Shown here piece after piece: positions 29,667-39,537 of a DNA stretch of 64,000 nucleotides. The stretch spans positions 13,705-77,704 of the forward strand of contig CANQFE010000001.1 of NCBI GenBank assembly GCA_947598285.1, read 5' to 3'. The position numbers and the translations under genes were made by a program. The notes beneath the pieces were generated by a model that was not told the origin of the DNA, searched no databases, and worked only from the letters and a program-made list of their open reading frames with translations. This DNA comes from an uncultured Bacilli bacterium (GTDB lineage: Bacteria > Bacillota_I > Bacilli_A > RF39 > UBA660). How positions within the stretch are numbered: the stretch's first letter is position 1; each line of letters opens with the position of its first letter.

Positions 29667-29725
29667 TTGTATTTTTTAAAATCTTATATTATACTATACT
29701 TACCAATTATGAAAGGAATTTAAAA

Positions 29726-30592
29726 ATGGCTCAAATTAGTTTTGATCAAATTGATGCATATGAACGTAATCGTGGGGGGTCTACTGGAAGAACATTTAGT
29801 TTCTTTGCTTTGAAGAATCATGGTGACAAAGCACTTGTAAGAATTCTGTATGATGATGTTTCTGAATTTATGTTCTACTCATATCACCAGGTAGATGCAC
29901 AGAATCGTACTTTTAGAATCAATTGTCTTCGTACAGATGCTGATAATATCAGCTCATGTCCACTTTGTGCGTCAGGAAGTAAAACAAAAACAAGTTTCTT
30001 TATTCCAATGGTTCAGTACTCTATGGAAAATGGAGAGCTACATCAGCAACTTGTTGTGTGGGAACGATCATCTCAATATCGTAATACTCTAGCATCATTT
30101 CTTAATGACTATGGCCCATTAAGTGATGTTCTTGTTACTATTACACGAAATGGTGTGGCAGGAAGTAAGGATACAAGATATAGCATTCTTCCAGCAAATC
30201 CGAAGATGTATGCAAATGACGCGTATCCAATTGATTCTACAATTCTTGAAAATCGTCGTAATTTAAATATTATTGGAACGTTGATAATGGATAAAACCGC
30301 GAATGATATTAATACATTTATGCAAACCGGTAATTTCACAATGTCTACGACACAGATGACAACACAGACTGATAATCAAACTCTTCCAACATTTAATGTA
30401 TCACAAGCTACAGTTATTCCTACGACTTCGATACCTATGGAACAGCCACCAGCTATTCCACCCGCACCATCTGAAGTTCATCAATATCAAACACCGAATA
30501 ACAACGGATTTACAACCGGAACTCCAGTGGTACCAACTTCAGTTACTACATCAAATGTATCAACGATTAATAGACCTCGTAGATATTATTAA
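29726..30592 (+). CDS. hypothetical protein, possible ssDNA-binding protein (CxxC-containing) with a Q/T/P-rich C-terminal tail
   Basis: Sits between primase and DNA polymerase. Contains SSCPLCASG. Assignment rests on position and low-complexity tail only. Confidence 0.3.
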   Translation: MAQISFDQIDAYERNRGGSTGRTFSFFALKNHGDKALVRILYDDVSEFMFYSYHQVDAQNRTFRINCLRTDADNISSCPLCASGSKTKTSFFIPMVQYSMENGELHQQLVVWERSSQYRNTLASFLNDYGPLSDVLVTITRNGVAGSKDTRYSILPANPKMYANDAYPIDSTILENRRNLNIIGTLIMDKTANDINTFMQTGNFTMSTTQMTTQTDNQTLPTFNVSQATVIPTTSIPMEQPPAIPPAPSEVHQYQTPNNNGFTTGTPVVPTSVTTSNVSTINRPRRYY

Positions 30593-30608
30593 GATTTAGG
30601 AGTTTTGT

Positions 30609-33092
30609 ATGCAAACTTCTTTATGGGGAGAAGAATTTGAAGTAAAAAAGCCTGAACCGAAGACGATTATACAAAAAATTAAAAATCCAAAAAATGTAAA
30701 AACGGTTACTAAAAAAACAAGTAGCCAATATAATGATATAAGTATTAATGAGCGTATTAAATCCATTAAAGAAAACGTAGAACAAATTTTGGGTCGATAC
30801 GCTCAAAATACTATTTGTATCAGAAATTATGAAGAATTTGTAGATTATATTAATACTGCAATTAGCGTAAATGAATTAGCAGTTGATACTGAAACGAATA
30901 ATAGTCTAGATCCAATTTCTTGTAAAATTATGGGATTATGTTTGTATAGTCCAAATCAAAAAAGTGCTTATATACCTGTAAACCACGTTAATAAAGATAC
31001 AAATATTTTATTAGATGGTCAAATTACCGAGGAGCAGATAAAAGAGCAATTACAAAAAGTTGTGGATAGTAAATGTAAAGTTATTATGCACAATGGTAAA
31101 TTTGACTATAGCGTAATTAAGCAAACTTGTGGTATTGAACTTCCTTGTTATTGGGATACTCAGATTGCAGCTCGTATCTTAAATGAGAATGAATTTAGTT
31201 CGGCATTAAAAGAGCAGTATCGTTTAAAAGTAGATTCAACAGCGGATAAGTATGATATTGAACATTTGTTTGAAGGATTGCCTTATGAAATTTTCGATCC
31301 AGAATTATTTGCATTATATGCTGCAACGGATTCATATAAAACATATTACTTGTATAAGTGGCAAGAAGAACAATTTAATCTTTCGGATAATAAGAGATTA
31401 AAAGATGTATTTTTAAATATTGAAATGCCAGTCGTACAGATTACAGCAGAAATGCAGTTAGCAGGTATTTGTATTGATAATGAATATGCGGAACGTTTAA
31501 GTAAAAAATATCATGCAAAATTGGAAGCTGCTGAAAAGGTTATTGATGATACGTTAAAAGAGTACGAAACTGCAATTATGGAATGGAGAAAAACTCCAGA
31601 AGCAAATTATAAACCAAAAAGTAAGAAACCAAATAAAAACGGTGAATACACATTACAAAAATCGAAGAGCGAACAGTTAGCGAATCCACCACAAGTGAGT
31701 AGTCCACAACAACTAGCAATATTGCTTTATGATGTATTAAAAATTCCTGTTGTTGACCAGAATGCACCAAGAGGAACTGGAGAAGATATACTAAAGCAAA
31801 TTAAAAATCCTTTGTGTTCTGCAATTTTAACAAAACGTGGTCTGGATAAGTTAATTGGTACATATATTGATAAGATACCAAAATGTGTTCATGAGAAAGA
31901 TCATCGTCTACATGCAAGTTTTAATCAATTAGGAACGGACACCGGACGCTTTAGTAGTAATGAGCCCAATCTTCAAAATATACCAAGTCATGATAGATCG
32001 ATTCGATTAATGTTTATTCCAGCGGAAGGAAATGCGTTAGTTGGTTCTGATTTTAGTCAACAAGAACCGCGAACACTCGCTAAATTTAGTAACTGTTATG
32101 AAATGTTAGATGCATATAAAGCTGGTAAAGACTTATATGCAGTTCTTGCAAGCGGTATTTATAAAAATAAGTATGAAGATAATTTGGAACATTATCCAGA
32201 TGGATCGTTAAATGTAGAAGGGGATAAAAGACGAAGTAACACAAAGAGAGTTCTTTTAGGATTGCTTTATGGCAGAGGAACAGGCTCTATTGCAGAACAA
32301 TTAGGTCTAGAATATAATGAGACTCAAAAAATAATTGATGATTTCTTCGCATCATTTCCAAAAATTAAACAATGGACAACTGAGTCAGAAGATAATGCAA
32401 TGAAGACAGGTTACGTTGAAGATTACTTTGGAAGAAGACGTAGATTACCGGATATTATGCTTCCAGAATATACGTTACAAGAAATGGATAATAAAGTTTC
32501 AACCAGCATTAATCCATTATTAAGATGTAAAGGATTATATAGTCAAAATGATAACCCGAAATTAAAGTTTTATTCAAATGAACTGAAAGCTGTACGAAAT
32601 AAAAAGGACTTTGATGAGATTAAACAACGTGCTTTAAAAGATGGAATTACAATTAGAAATAATAAATCTTTTATTGCAAAAGCTAAGAGACAATGTGTTA
32701 ATGCAAGAATTCAAGGAAGTGCCGCTTCACTTACAAAATTAGCAATGATTGACGTGTTTAATAATCAACGTCTAAAAGAATTAGGTTTTAGAATGTTATT
32801 ACAAGTACATGATGAATTGATTGGTGAATGCCCAATTGAGAATGCGGAAGAGGTGGGCGAACTTCTTGCGAATACAATGAAAGTAAGTGCTGAAAAAGCA
32901 TTACATATGCCATTTAAGTGTGATGCGGTTATTACAAGTTGTTGGTATGAAGATAAATATTGTAAAGAAGTTTTAAAATTTTACCAGAAGAAACTCAAAG
33001 ACACAAATTCTGAAGAGGAAGCAATGAAATTAACATCCCAAGAATTTGTTGAATTAACAGAAGAACAAATAAATCGTTTTCTACAAATGTAA
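30609..33092 (+). CDS. polA: DNA polymerase I (family A) with 3'-5' exonuclease domain
   Basis: Exo I AVDTETN; motif A LVGSDFSQQEPR; motif B RRSNTKRVLLGLLYGRG; motif C LQVHDELIGE. No intron or intein interruption evident. Confidence 0.85.
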   Translation: MQTSLWGEEFEVKKPEPKTIIQKIKNPKNVKTVTKKTSSQYNDISINERIKSIKENVEQILGRYAQNTICIRNYEEFVDYINTAISVNELAVDTETNNSLDPISCKIMGLCLYSPNQKSAYIPVNHVNKDTNILLDGQITEEQIKEQLQKVVDSKCKVIMHNGKFDYSVIKQTCGIELPCYWDTQIAARILNENEFSSALKEQYRLKVDSTADKYDIEHLFEGLPYEIFDPELFALYAATDSYKTYYLYKWQEEQFNLSDNKRLKDVFLNIEMPVVQITAEMQLAGICIDNEYAERLSKKYHAKLEAAEKVIDDTLKEYETAIMEWRKTPEANYKPKSKKPNKNGEYTLQKSKSEQLANPPQVSSPQQLAILLYDVLKIPVVDQNAPRGTGEDILKQIKNPLCSAILTKRGLDKLIGTYIDKIPKCVHEKDHRLHASFNQLGTDTGRFSSNEPNLQNIPSHDRSIRLMFIPAEGNALVGSDFSQQEPRTLAKFSNCYEMLDAYKAGKDLYAVLASGIYKNKYEDNLEHYPDGSLNVEGDKRRSNTKRVLLGLLYGRGTGSIAEQLGLEYNETQKIIDDFFASFPKIKQWTTESEDNAMKTGYVEDYFGRRRRLPDIMLPEYTLQEMDNKVSTSINPLLRCKGLYSQNDNPKLKFYSNELKAVRNKKDFDEIKQRALKDGITIRNNKSFIAKAKRQCVNARIQGSAASLTKLAMIDVFNNQRLKELGFRMLLQVHDELIGECPIENAEEVGELLANTMKVSAEKALHMPFKCDAVITSCWYEDKYCKEVLKFYQKKLKDTNSEEEAMKLTSQEFVELTEEQINRFLQM

Positions 33093-33108
33093 ATAGGAGA
33101 ATGTAATA

Positions 33109-33837
33109 ATGAAGAAAATCTTGTTATATAGTGGCGGAATGGATAGTTGGCTAATTGATAAGATATGGAAACCAGATGAAAAAGTCTATGTTAATATGCA
33201 CACTCGTTATTCTGAACAAGAAATGAAGAAATTAAAATTGCGTAATGAGAATATTACAATTCTTGATTTCCCTCTTGGGCAATTTGAAAGAGAGGATAAA
33301 ATTATTCCATTAAGAAATCTATATCTAACAATGCTTATTTGTAATTATACCGGCAATGAAGATGTAGATATTTGTCTTGGAGCAACTGCAGGAGATAGAG
33401 TTTTAGATAAATCATTTAATTTTGTAGAAAAGGTAAATGATCTACTAAATTACTTATATAGCCCACAGTGGTGGATTCCTGCTGGAAAGAAAATTAGAGT
33501 AAATATTGATTTTAAAGATAAAACAAAATCAGACCTTCTTGACATGTACTTAAAGGCTGGTGGAACATTAGAAGAAGCATTTAATAAATCATTTAGTTGC
33601 TATGAACCAGATGAAGAAGGACATGAATGTTGGTCATGCAAACCTTGTTTTAGAAAGTTTGTAACATTTGCTGATAAGGGATTTACGTTTTCAGAGGATG
33701 TTCTTAAGAAAGTAATTCCATATATTTCAAAAGAAATTATTCCTCAGATTAAGAGTGGAACATATGGACGTGGAATATCGGAAGAATCACTTATTTTATC
33801 TGTCTATGAGAAATATAAAGATTTTGACACTGTGTAA
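33109..33837 (+). CDS. queC: 7-cyano-7-deazaguanine (preQ0) synthase QueC
   Basis: PP-loop LLYSGGMDS and C-terminal zinc motif CYEPDEEGHECWSCKPC. 242 aa, with no fused glutaminase domain. Confidence 0.8.
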   Translation: MKKILLYSGGMDSWLIDKIWKPDEKVYVNMHTRYSEQEMKKLKLRNENITILDFPLGQFEREDKIIPLRNLYLTMLICNYTGNEDVDICLGATAGDRVLDKSFNFVEKVNDLLNYLYSPQWWIPAGKKIRVNIDFKDKTKSDLLDMYLKAGGTLEEAFNKSFSCYEPDEEGHECWSCKPCFRKFVTFADKGFTFSEDVLKKVIPYISKEIIPQIKSGTYGRGISEESLILSVYEKYKDFDTV

Positions 33838-33925
33838 TTAGTTGTATTTTATAGAAAAATATATTATAATATATATAGACAGGAAAACGTTATGGTTAAT
33901 TTATGAAAATGTATATGGTTAGTAT

Positions 33926-34861
33926 ATGAAATTTAATTTTTATTTTACTGGTGTAGATACCAAATCTGAAATGTTCAGATACTTAGTCGAAAATTATGGA
34001 TATTTACTGTATTCGCAATTAAATGATCGACGAAATATTATGAACACAATTGAGTACATGAAAGAGCATCCAGATAATAGAATTAAACTTTTTATTGACT
34101 CTGGTGCTTATAGTGCATGGTCTTTAGGTAAGAAGATTGATGTAGAAGAATACATTAATTTCTTAAATAAATATTCAGAATATTTTGAAATGTTTGCGTG
34201 TGTAGATAAACTACCAGGTACTCCTAAAACTGTTTCTAAACTAAGTCATGAAGAAGTAGAAGAATCGGCAAAATTGTCGTGGGAAAATTATCTGTATATG
34301 CGTTCTAAAGTAAAGGAACCCGATAAACTTCTATATACATTTCATTCAAACGAGTCTTTTGATCATCTTATTACCGCTCTACAATATGAAGATGAGCATG
34401 GAAAATTAAAAAGAATGGCAACTGGTGGTACAGCAAGTATTGAAAGATCTGATCGTAAGAATTTCTTTGATAAAGTATATAAGACTTTGAAAGAAGTTCC
34501 AAATGAAATTAAAGATATACACGCTTTTGGAGTTTCAGACTTTAAGTTAATGGAAAATTATACTGCTACCTCATCTGATTCTACTACATGGGTTCGTAGT
34601 GCTTCTTTTGGTCAGATTATGATTAACAATAAAGTTTATACGGTTTCCGATAGAAAAGAAGATGTCGGAGAAAATGAAGATCAAAAAAGTCTTTCTCATT
34701 ATGAAGCTTTAAAAACAGCGGTTGAAAAAAGAGGATTTACAGTTCAAGAATTAAAAGAAGATGTAAATAAACGTAAGCTTTTTAATATTATAGATACAAT
34801 TCAGACAGTGAAATCTTTACAATATAAACCGCAAAAAACAACAAAAGTGGATTTATTTTAA
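33926..34861 (+). CDS. dpdA: DpdA, tRNA-guanine transglycosylase-like DNA transglycosylase (inserts 7-deazaguanine base into DNA)
   Basis: TGT-family catalytic Asp motif KLFIDSGAYSAW and a second acidic motif HAFGVSDF. ~310 aa, as for phage DpdA. Flanked by queC and folE. Confidence 0.7.
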   Translation: MKFNFYFTGVDTKSEMFRYLVENYGYLLYSQLNDRRNIMNTIEYMKEHPDNRIKLFIDSGAYSAWSLGKKIDVEEYINFLNKYSEYFEMFACVDKLPGTPKTVSKLSHEEVEESAKLSWENYLYMRSKVKEPDKLLYTFHSNESFDHLITALQYEDEHGKLKRMATGGTASIERSDRKNFFDKVYKTLKEVPNEIKDIHAFGVSDFKLMENYTATSSDSTTWVRSASFGQIMINNKVYTVSDRKEDVGENEDQKSLSHYEALKTAVEKRGFTVQELKEDVNKRKLFNIIDTIQTVKSLQYKPQKTTKVDLF

Positions 34862-34879
34862 TATTAAGGATAATCAGAT

Positions 34880-35686
34880 ATGATGGTTGATTTTGTAAAA
34901 ACACAATATTTTGCTAAGTTTAAAGATCATACTCCGGAGCAGTTTGAAGTTGATTTTAACGCTTACTTAAATATTCCTCATTTCAAGGCAAACGAAAATA
35001 TTCATGAAGTATTATCGGCTAATGATAAAGAAGAAAAATATTGTCGTAGAGACATTGAAAACGAATTTATCGACGAAGATAATAATATTAAACCGGAAGT
35101 TCATTGGATTATGCGAAGTGCAACACAATATTATCTTATGAAAGCATTTAATGCAATGAAGATTGATTTAACTGATCCGAATGTAGATATTAATGCTCTA
35201 GGTAAAGGAACCCCTGGAAGAATTGCAAAAATGTGGTGTGGTAACGATCCAGATGATACAACGGAATTGGGCTCTGGAAGATGGAATAAAGAACCTGTTC
35301 TTTCTATTTTTCCAAATGATGGACAGCAAGGTATTATTTGTAAAGAAGTAGATCTAATATCCTGTTGTAGTCATCATTTTCTTCCTTTTAGTACTTTGGA
35401 TAGAGGTAGAGCAATTATTGCATATAAACCTGGAACGCATTTAATTGGGATTAGTAAATTACAACGTTTTGTTAATTGGGCTGCCAAGAGGTTTTGGTTA
35501 CAAGAAGATTTAACAAATTATCTTGGTAAGACTATTAAGAGAATTTCAGGTACAGAAGATGTCTTTATTAAAATCGAAAACGCAGTTCATGGATGTGAAC
35601 ATTATAGAGGTGCTAATTCAAAAGATGGTTCTTTAACCACAGAATATAGAAGTGGCATATTTAATGATAGTAATGTAACGTTCTAA
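34880..35686 (+). CDS. folE: GTP cyclohydrolase I (FolE) with N-terminal extension
   Basis: Collinear with FolE: RIAKMW (cf. RVAKMY); CCSHHFLPF (cf. CEHHFV); IAYKPGTHLIGISKLQRFVNWAAKR (cf. VAYIP…VIGLSKINRIV); AVHGCEHYRG (cf. AVHYCVKARG). Confidence 0.75.
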   Translation: MMVDFVKTQYFAKFKDHTPEQFEVDFNAYLNIPHFKANENIHEVLSANDKEEKYCRRDIENEFIDEDNNIKPEVHWIMRSATQYYLMKAFNAMKIDLTDPNVDINALGKGTPGRIAKMWCGNDPDDTTELGSGRWNKEPVLSIFPNDGQQGIICKEVDLISCCSHHFLPFSTLDRGRAIIAYKPGTHLIGISKLQRFVNWAAKRFWLQEDLTNYLGKTIKRISGTEDVFIKIENAVHGCEHYRGANSKDGSLTTEYRSGIFNDSNVTF

Positions 35687-35701
35687 AAAGGAGATTAGTT
35701 A

Positions 35702-36823
35702 ATGATTCTACGAACAGATATTTTACAGAAATCGTGTGAAAAGATTCTTGCAGCAGTAGATTCTAATGTTCTTAATACAATTACAGAAACATTGGAAATT
35801 AAAATCAAAGATGGAATTTTTTCAATGGCAATTACCAACAGAGAATATTACGTAAATATTAAGTTTAATGCTAATACTAACGAAGAGCTTCATGCAACGG
35901 TAGATGCAATTCTGTTCCTCAAACTTATTGGTAAAGTAACGTCGGAAACAATTGAACTTACAAGTAATAATAATAATCTTCTTGTTAAGTGTAATGGTAA
36001 TTATAAACTTCCACTTATTTACGAAGACGAAAAACTTCTTGAAATTCCGACAATTGAAATGGATACAGTACAAGAAGAATTTTCTATCAGTGGAGAAATT
36101 TTAAATTCTATCATTGATTTTAACAGTAAAGAACTTAGTAAAGGGGCAATTACAAGACCTGTACAACGTTTGTATTATGTTGATGGTAATGGTTGTATTA
36201 CGTTTACCAGTGGTGCATGTATTAATAAGTTTAACGTTAATATGAATTCTAAGTTGCTAATGAATGATAAACTTATTAAGTTGTTTAGATTATTCAAGAA
36301 GGACAATGTTATTCAGGTAAAAGTAGGACACAAACAGCTTGGAGAAGATATGACTTCAACAGTTATTGATATGACTGCAGACGATATTCAAATTTCAGCA
36401 ATTCTTGCAAGTGATGAAAAACTGTTTCAAGGGTATCCCGTTACAGCAATTCGAGGAAGAGTAAATGATGAATATCCATATTCAATTTCAGTAAATAAAA
36501 TATTAACTATTCAAGCAATTGATCGGTTAATGCTATTTACTAACACAAGCACTACGTTGGATGAATATCTAATAAAATTAACGTTTAATAACAATGCATT
36601 GATTATTAGTGATTACAAGGGTAATAATGTTGAGCAAGTTACATATGCAAATGAAAGCAACATTACCGATAGTTATGAAGCATTTATTGATAGTAGGGAC
36701 TTTTCAAAAACATTACAGAGTTGTAGTAATCAGATTGTAAAGATTCATTTTGGAAATGATAAAGCATTTTTGATTAACGAAGGTAATATAAGTTGGGTTA
36801 TTCCTCAGTGTTATGAATCTTAA
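35702..36823 (+). CDS. sliding clamp (DNA polymerase III beta-like)
   Basis: 373 aa, the same size as DnaN. Three-domain repetitive beta-rich organisation. Located with polA and the clamp-loader genes. Confidence 0.5.
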   Translation: MILRTDILQKSCEKILAAVDSNVLNTITETLEIKIKDGIFSMAITNREYYVNIKFNANTNEELHATVDAILFLKLIGKVTSETIELTSNNNNLLVKCNGNYKLPLIYEDEKLLEIPTIEMDTVQEEFSISGEILNSIIDFNSKELSKGAITRPVQRLYYVDGNGCITFTSGACINKFNVNMNSKLLMNDKLIKLFRLFKKDNVIQVKVGHKQLGEDMTSTVIDMTADDIQISAILASDEKLFQGYPVTAIRGRVNDEYPYSISVNKILTIQAIDRLMLFTNTSTTLDEYLIKLTFNNNALIISDYKGNNVEQVTYANESNITDSYEAFIDSRDFSKTLQSCSNQIVKIHFGNDKAFLINEGNISWVIPQCYES

Positions 36824-36850
36824 CTAGTATAACTTAAAGAGGTTAATAAG

Positions 36851-37321
36851 TTGCTGAATAGAGGTAAAGAGTTCGAACAAAAGGTTAAACAGGACTTTTT
36901 AAAAATACCTGGTTCACACTTAGAAAGATTATATGATTCTATGGGTGGATATAAATCAATAAAAACACGTTCAGATTTTATTGGTTATATCTACCCTAAT
37001 CAATATTTTCTAGAAGTTAAGAGTGTGCATGGTAATACATTTCCTTTTACAAATTTAAAACAATATAATGGGTTATTGGAAGTATCTGGAATTCATGGAA
37101 TACGATCAGGAGTTATTATTTGGTTTGTTGACCATCAAATAGTTTGTTATGTTCCTGTTAGAACAATTAAACAAATGAAGCAAGAAGGTTTAAAATCAGT
37201 GAATGTAAAATACATAAAAGAAGGCAGCGCTTATAGAATAATTAATATTCCATCAAAAGCAAGAAAAATATTTCTAGACAGTAATTATTCTATTTTAACA
37301 ACATTGGCTGATGGAGAATAG
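36851..37321 (+). CDS. recU: RecU-like Holliday junction resolvase (PD-(D/E)xK)
   Basis: …DFIGYIYPNQYFLEVKSVHGNTFPFTNLKQYN… aligns with the B. subtilis RecU catalytic core (…[26 protein letters not shown]…). Confidence 0.6.
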   Translation: MLNRGKEFEQKVKQDFLKIPGSHLERLYDSMGGYKSIKTRSDFIGYIYPNQYFLEVKSVHGNTFPFTNLKQYNGLLEVSGIHGIRSGVIIWFVDHQIVCYVPVRTIKQMKQEGLKSVNVKYIKEGSAYRIINIPSKARKIFLDSNYSILTTLADGE

Positions 37322-37787
37322 ATCAATGAAATGTAGAATAGTTGATTTAAGTAAATTTGGTACATTAACTTTAGGAACATCCGTTGAAAATACTACAATT
37401 AGCGATATTATAAATAATAATGAATATGAATTGCTTACAGTAATTATTTCGATTCAACAATTAGAGACATTTTTATTACTTCTTGTTGAATCGTCATATG
37501 ATACATATAAGATTTGTCCGTGGATTAAATCGGAATTAAGTAGCTCAGGAATTTATTATAGTAGTCAAAAAGTAAAAAGTGATTGTAGCGTAGTTATTTA
37601 TCTACAACGTAACGGAAATACATATCCAAAGGGTATTATAAATAATTTTTATATTGAAAGTAGTACAAATAAACCATATTGGTTAGTGGATCTTATAAAA
37701 AATTTACGTTCTAATGAAATAGAAGTTGCGATACATCCGAAGATAGCACAAATAAATAATAATGTAGAAAGGATTAGCCTATTTTGA
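37311..37787 (+). CDS. hypothetical protein
   Basis: 158-aa ORF, translationally coupled. Confidence 0.4.
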   Translation: MENRSMKCRIVDLSKFGTLTLGTSVENTTISDIINNNEYELLTVIISIQQLETFLLLLVESSYDTYKICPWIKSELSSSGIYYSSQKVKSDCSVVIYLQRNGNTYPKGIINNFYIESSTNKPYWLVDLIKNLRSNEIEVAIHPKIAQINNNVERISLF

Positions 37788-38335
37788 CCGAAGTTATTAA
37801 AGATATCGATAGAACTTTAAAATTAGTTGACGATACAACTCTTGTATATGAAGATATTACTAATAAGATTGTAGAAGCATATATAGGAGATCTTGATGAA
37901 CTGATAAAAGATTTTAATGAAGATGCAGTTGAAAAGGACGCAGATGATAGAACTCTTGAGAAATATCTCTTTGAATTAGGAAGTAAATTATACTTCCTTT
38001 CTGCTAAATTGGAACAAATAGGAATTAAAGATGATATTTCCAAGATGATTTATAAAGAAGAATATAATTTGCAATATCTTGCAAATAGAGAAAAAGATAG
38101 CGACAAAAAGAATAAACTAACAGTTGCGGAATTAACTGCTATTGCTGAAAGTTTAAGTAAAGAAAAACAAGTTGTCAATAGTCTTTATTCTCGTATCTAT
38201 TCGCAAATTAAGATGAGAATGTCGGCTGGATATGATTTAGTTAGTTCCATTCGCAAGATTATTACAAAAAGAATGCAGGATCAGAGTCTTAGTTTTACAA
38301 TGTCATCTGATCCAAAAACTTATGAAATAACCTGA
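37784..38335 (+). CDS. hypothetical acidic coiled-coil protein
   Basis: 183 aa. TTG start. Confidence 0.4.
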   Translation: MTEVIKDIDRTLKLVDDTTLVYEDITNKIVEAYIGDLDELIKDFNEDAVEKDADDRTLEKYLFELGSKLYFLSAKLEQIGIKDDISKMIYKEEYNLQYLANREKDSDKKNKLTVAELTAIAESLSKEKQVVNSLYSRIYSQIKMRMSAGYDLVSSIRKIITKRMQDQSLSFTMSSDPKTYEIT

Positions 38336-38351
38336 TAATAGGAGAATGTAA

Positions 38352-39536
38352 ATGTCAAAAGAGGTAGGCACAGTTTCCGATATTCTAAAAAATATCAAAA
38401 AGAAGTACGGAGATAAAGTAGCAGAAATTGGTGTCGAAGATATTCGTGTAGACGGAATTCTTTCCTTAGGTAGCCCATCTTTAGATACTTGTTTATATGG
38501 TGGAATTCCAGAAGGTAGAATTTGTGAATTTACAGGTGCGGAAGGTTCAGGCAAAACTACTAACGCATTTTTAGCAGCAGCATCATATCAACGTAAAGAG
38601 TTAGAACGTAATCCAGATAATCCTCGTTATATTGTTTATATTGATCAAGAATGCACTGCGGATCCAGTGTGGGCTGAAAAAATGGGATATGACATGAGTG
38701 AGGATGCAACAGTTAAAACCATTCTTATTCGACCAGAAGGACAGTCTGCGGAAGAAGTGTTTGATATGGCACTTGATTTGTTAAAGACTGGGGATGTAGG
38801 CTTAATTATTATTGATAGTCTTGCAACACTTGTTCCACAACAAATCGTTGATGAGTCTATGGAAAAATATCAAATGGGTGGAATTGCAAAGTCTTTAACA
38901 AGATTTGCTAACACGGCTGTTGGACTACTTAGAAAATATAAAGCAACACTTATTGGTATTAATCAAGTTCGTGATAATATGACTGGATATGGAGATGCTC
39001 TTTTAACACCAGGTGGACGAGCTTGGAAACACCAGTGTTCAATGCGTCTTATGTTTAAACGTGGTACGTTTTTTGATGAAGATGGTAATGATTTAACCAA
39101 ATCAGCACAATCTCCAGCTGGACATATTATTGAAATGTATGTGCTAAAGACTAAGACCTGTAAATGGGACCGTAAGTTAGGAATGGCTCATTTAAATTAC
39201 ACGAAAGGTATTGACATTCTTCAAGATACAATTGATATGGCGGTTTACTTTGGAATGATTGATAATTCCACGCAAGGAACATTTAAGATACTTGATATTG
39301 ACACAGGAGAAGTGGCATTAGATTCTGAAGGTAACGAAATTAAAATTAGAGGTAAGAAAAATCTTAAACCATATTTTGAAGAACATAAAGAACAGTGGAA
39401 AAAAATGTATGACAAGGTGTATGATAAACTAAGCCAAAAAGAAGATTCAAACATTATTGCATTCGAAGAAATGTTAAATATTGATATAAATGAAAAACTT
39501 GGATTATCTGCGAATGCAAATCTAGAAGAAATCTAA
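38352..39536 (+). CDS. recA: RecA/UvsX-family recombinase
   Basis: Walker A FTGAEGSGKTT and RecA core motifs. 394 aa. Confidence 0.75.
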   Translation: MSKEVGTVSDILKNIKKKYGDKVAEIGVEDIRVDGILSLGSPSLDTCLYGGIPEGRICEFTGAEGSGKTTNAFLAAASYQRKELERNPDNPRYIVYIDQECTADPVWAEKMGYDMSEDATVKTILIRPEGQSAEEVFDMALDLLKTGDVGLIIIDSLATLVPQQIVDESMEKYQMGGIAKSLTRFANTAVGLLRKYKATLIGINQVRDNMTGYGDALLTPGGRAWKHQCSMRLMFKRGTFFDEDGNDLTKSAQSPAGHIIEMYVLKTKTCKWDRKLGMAHLNYTKGIDILQDTIDMAVYFGMIDNSTQGTFKILDIDTGEVALDSEGNEIKIRGKKNLKPYFEEHKEQWKKMYDKVYDKLSQKEDSNIIAFEEMLNIDINEKLGLSANANLEEI

Positions 39537-39537
39537 T

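Noticed and set aside
30609-33092. Group I intron or intein interrupting polA (common in SPO1/Twort-like phages)
   Set aside because: Pol I motifs A, B and C and the exonuclease motifs occur in one uninterrupted 827-codon frame with normal spacing. The same holds for dnaB and nrd-like regions, and no nrd genes are present.
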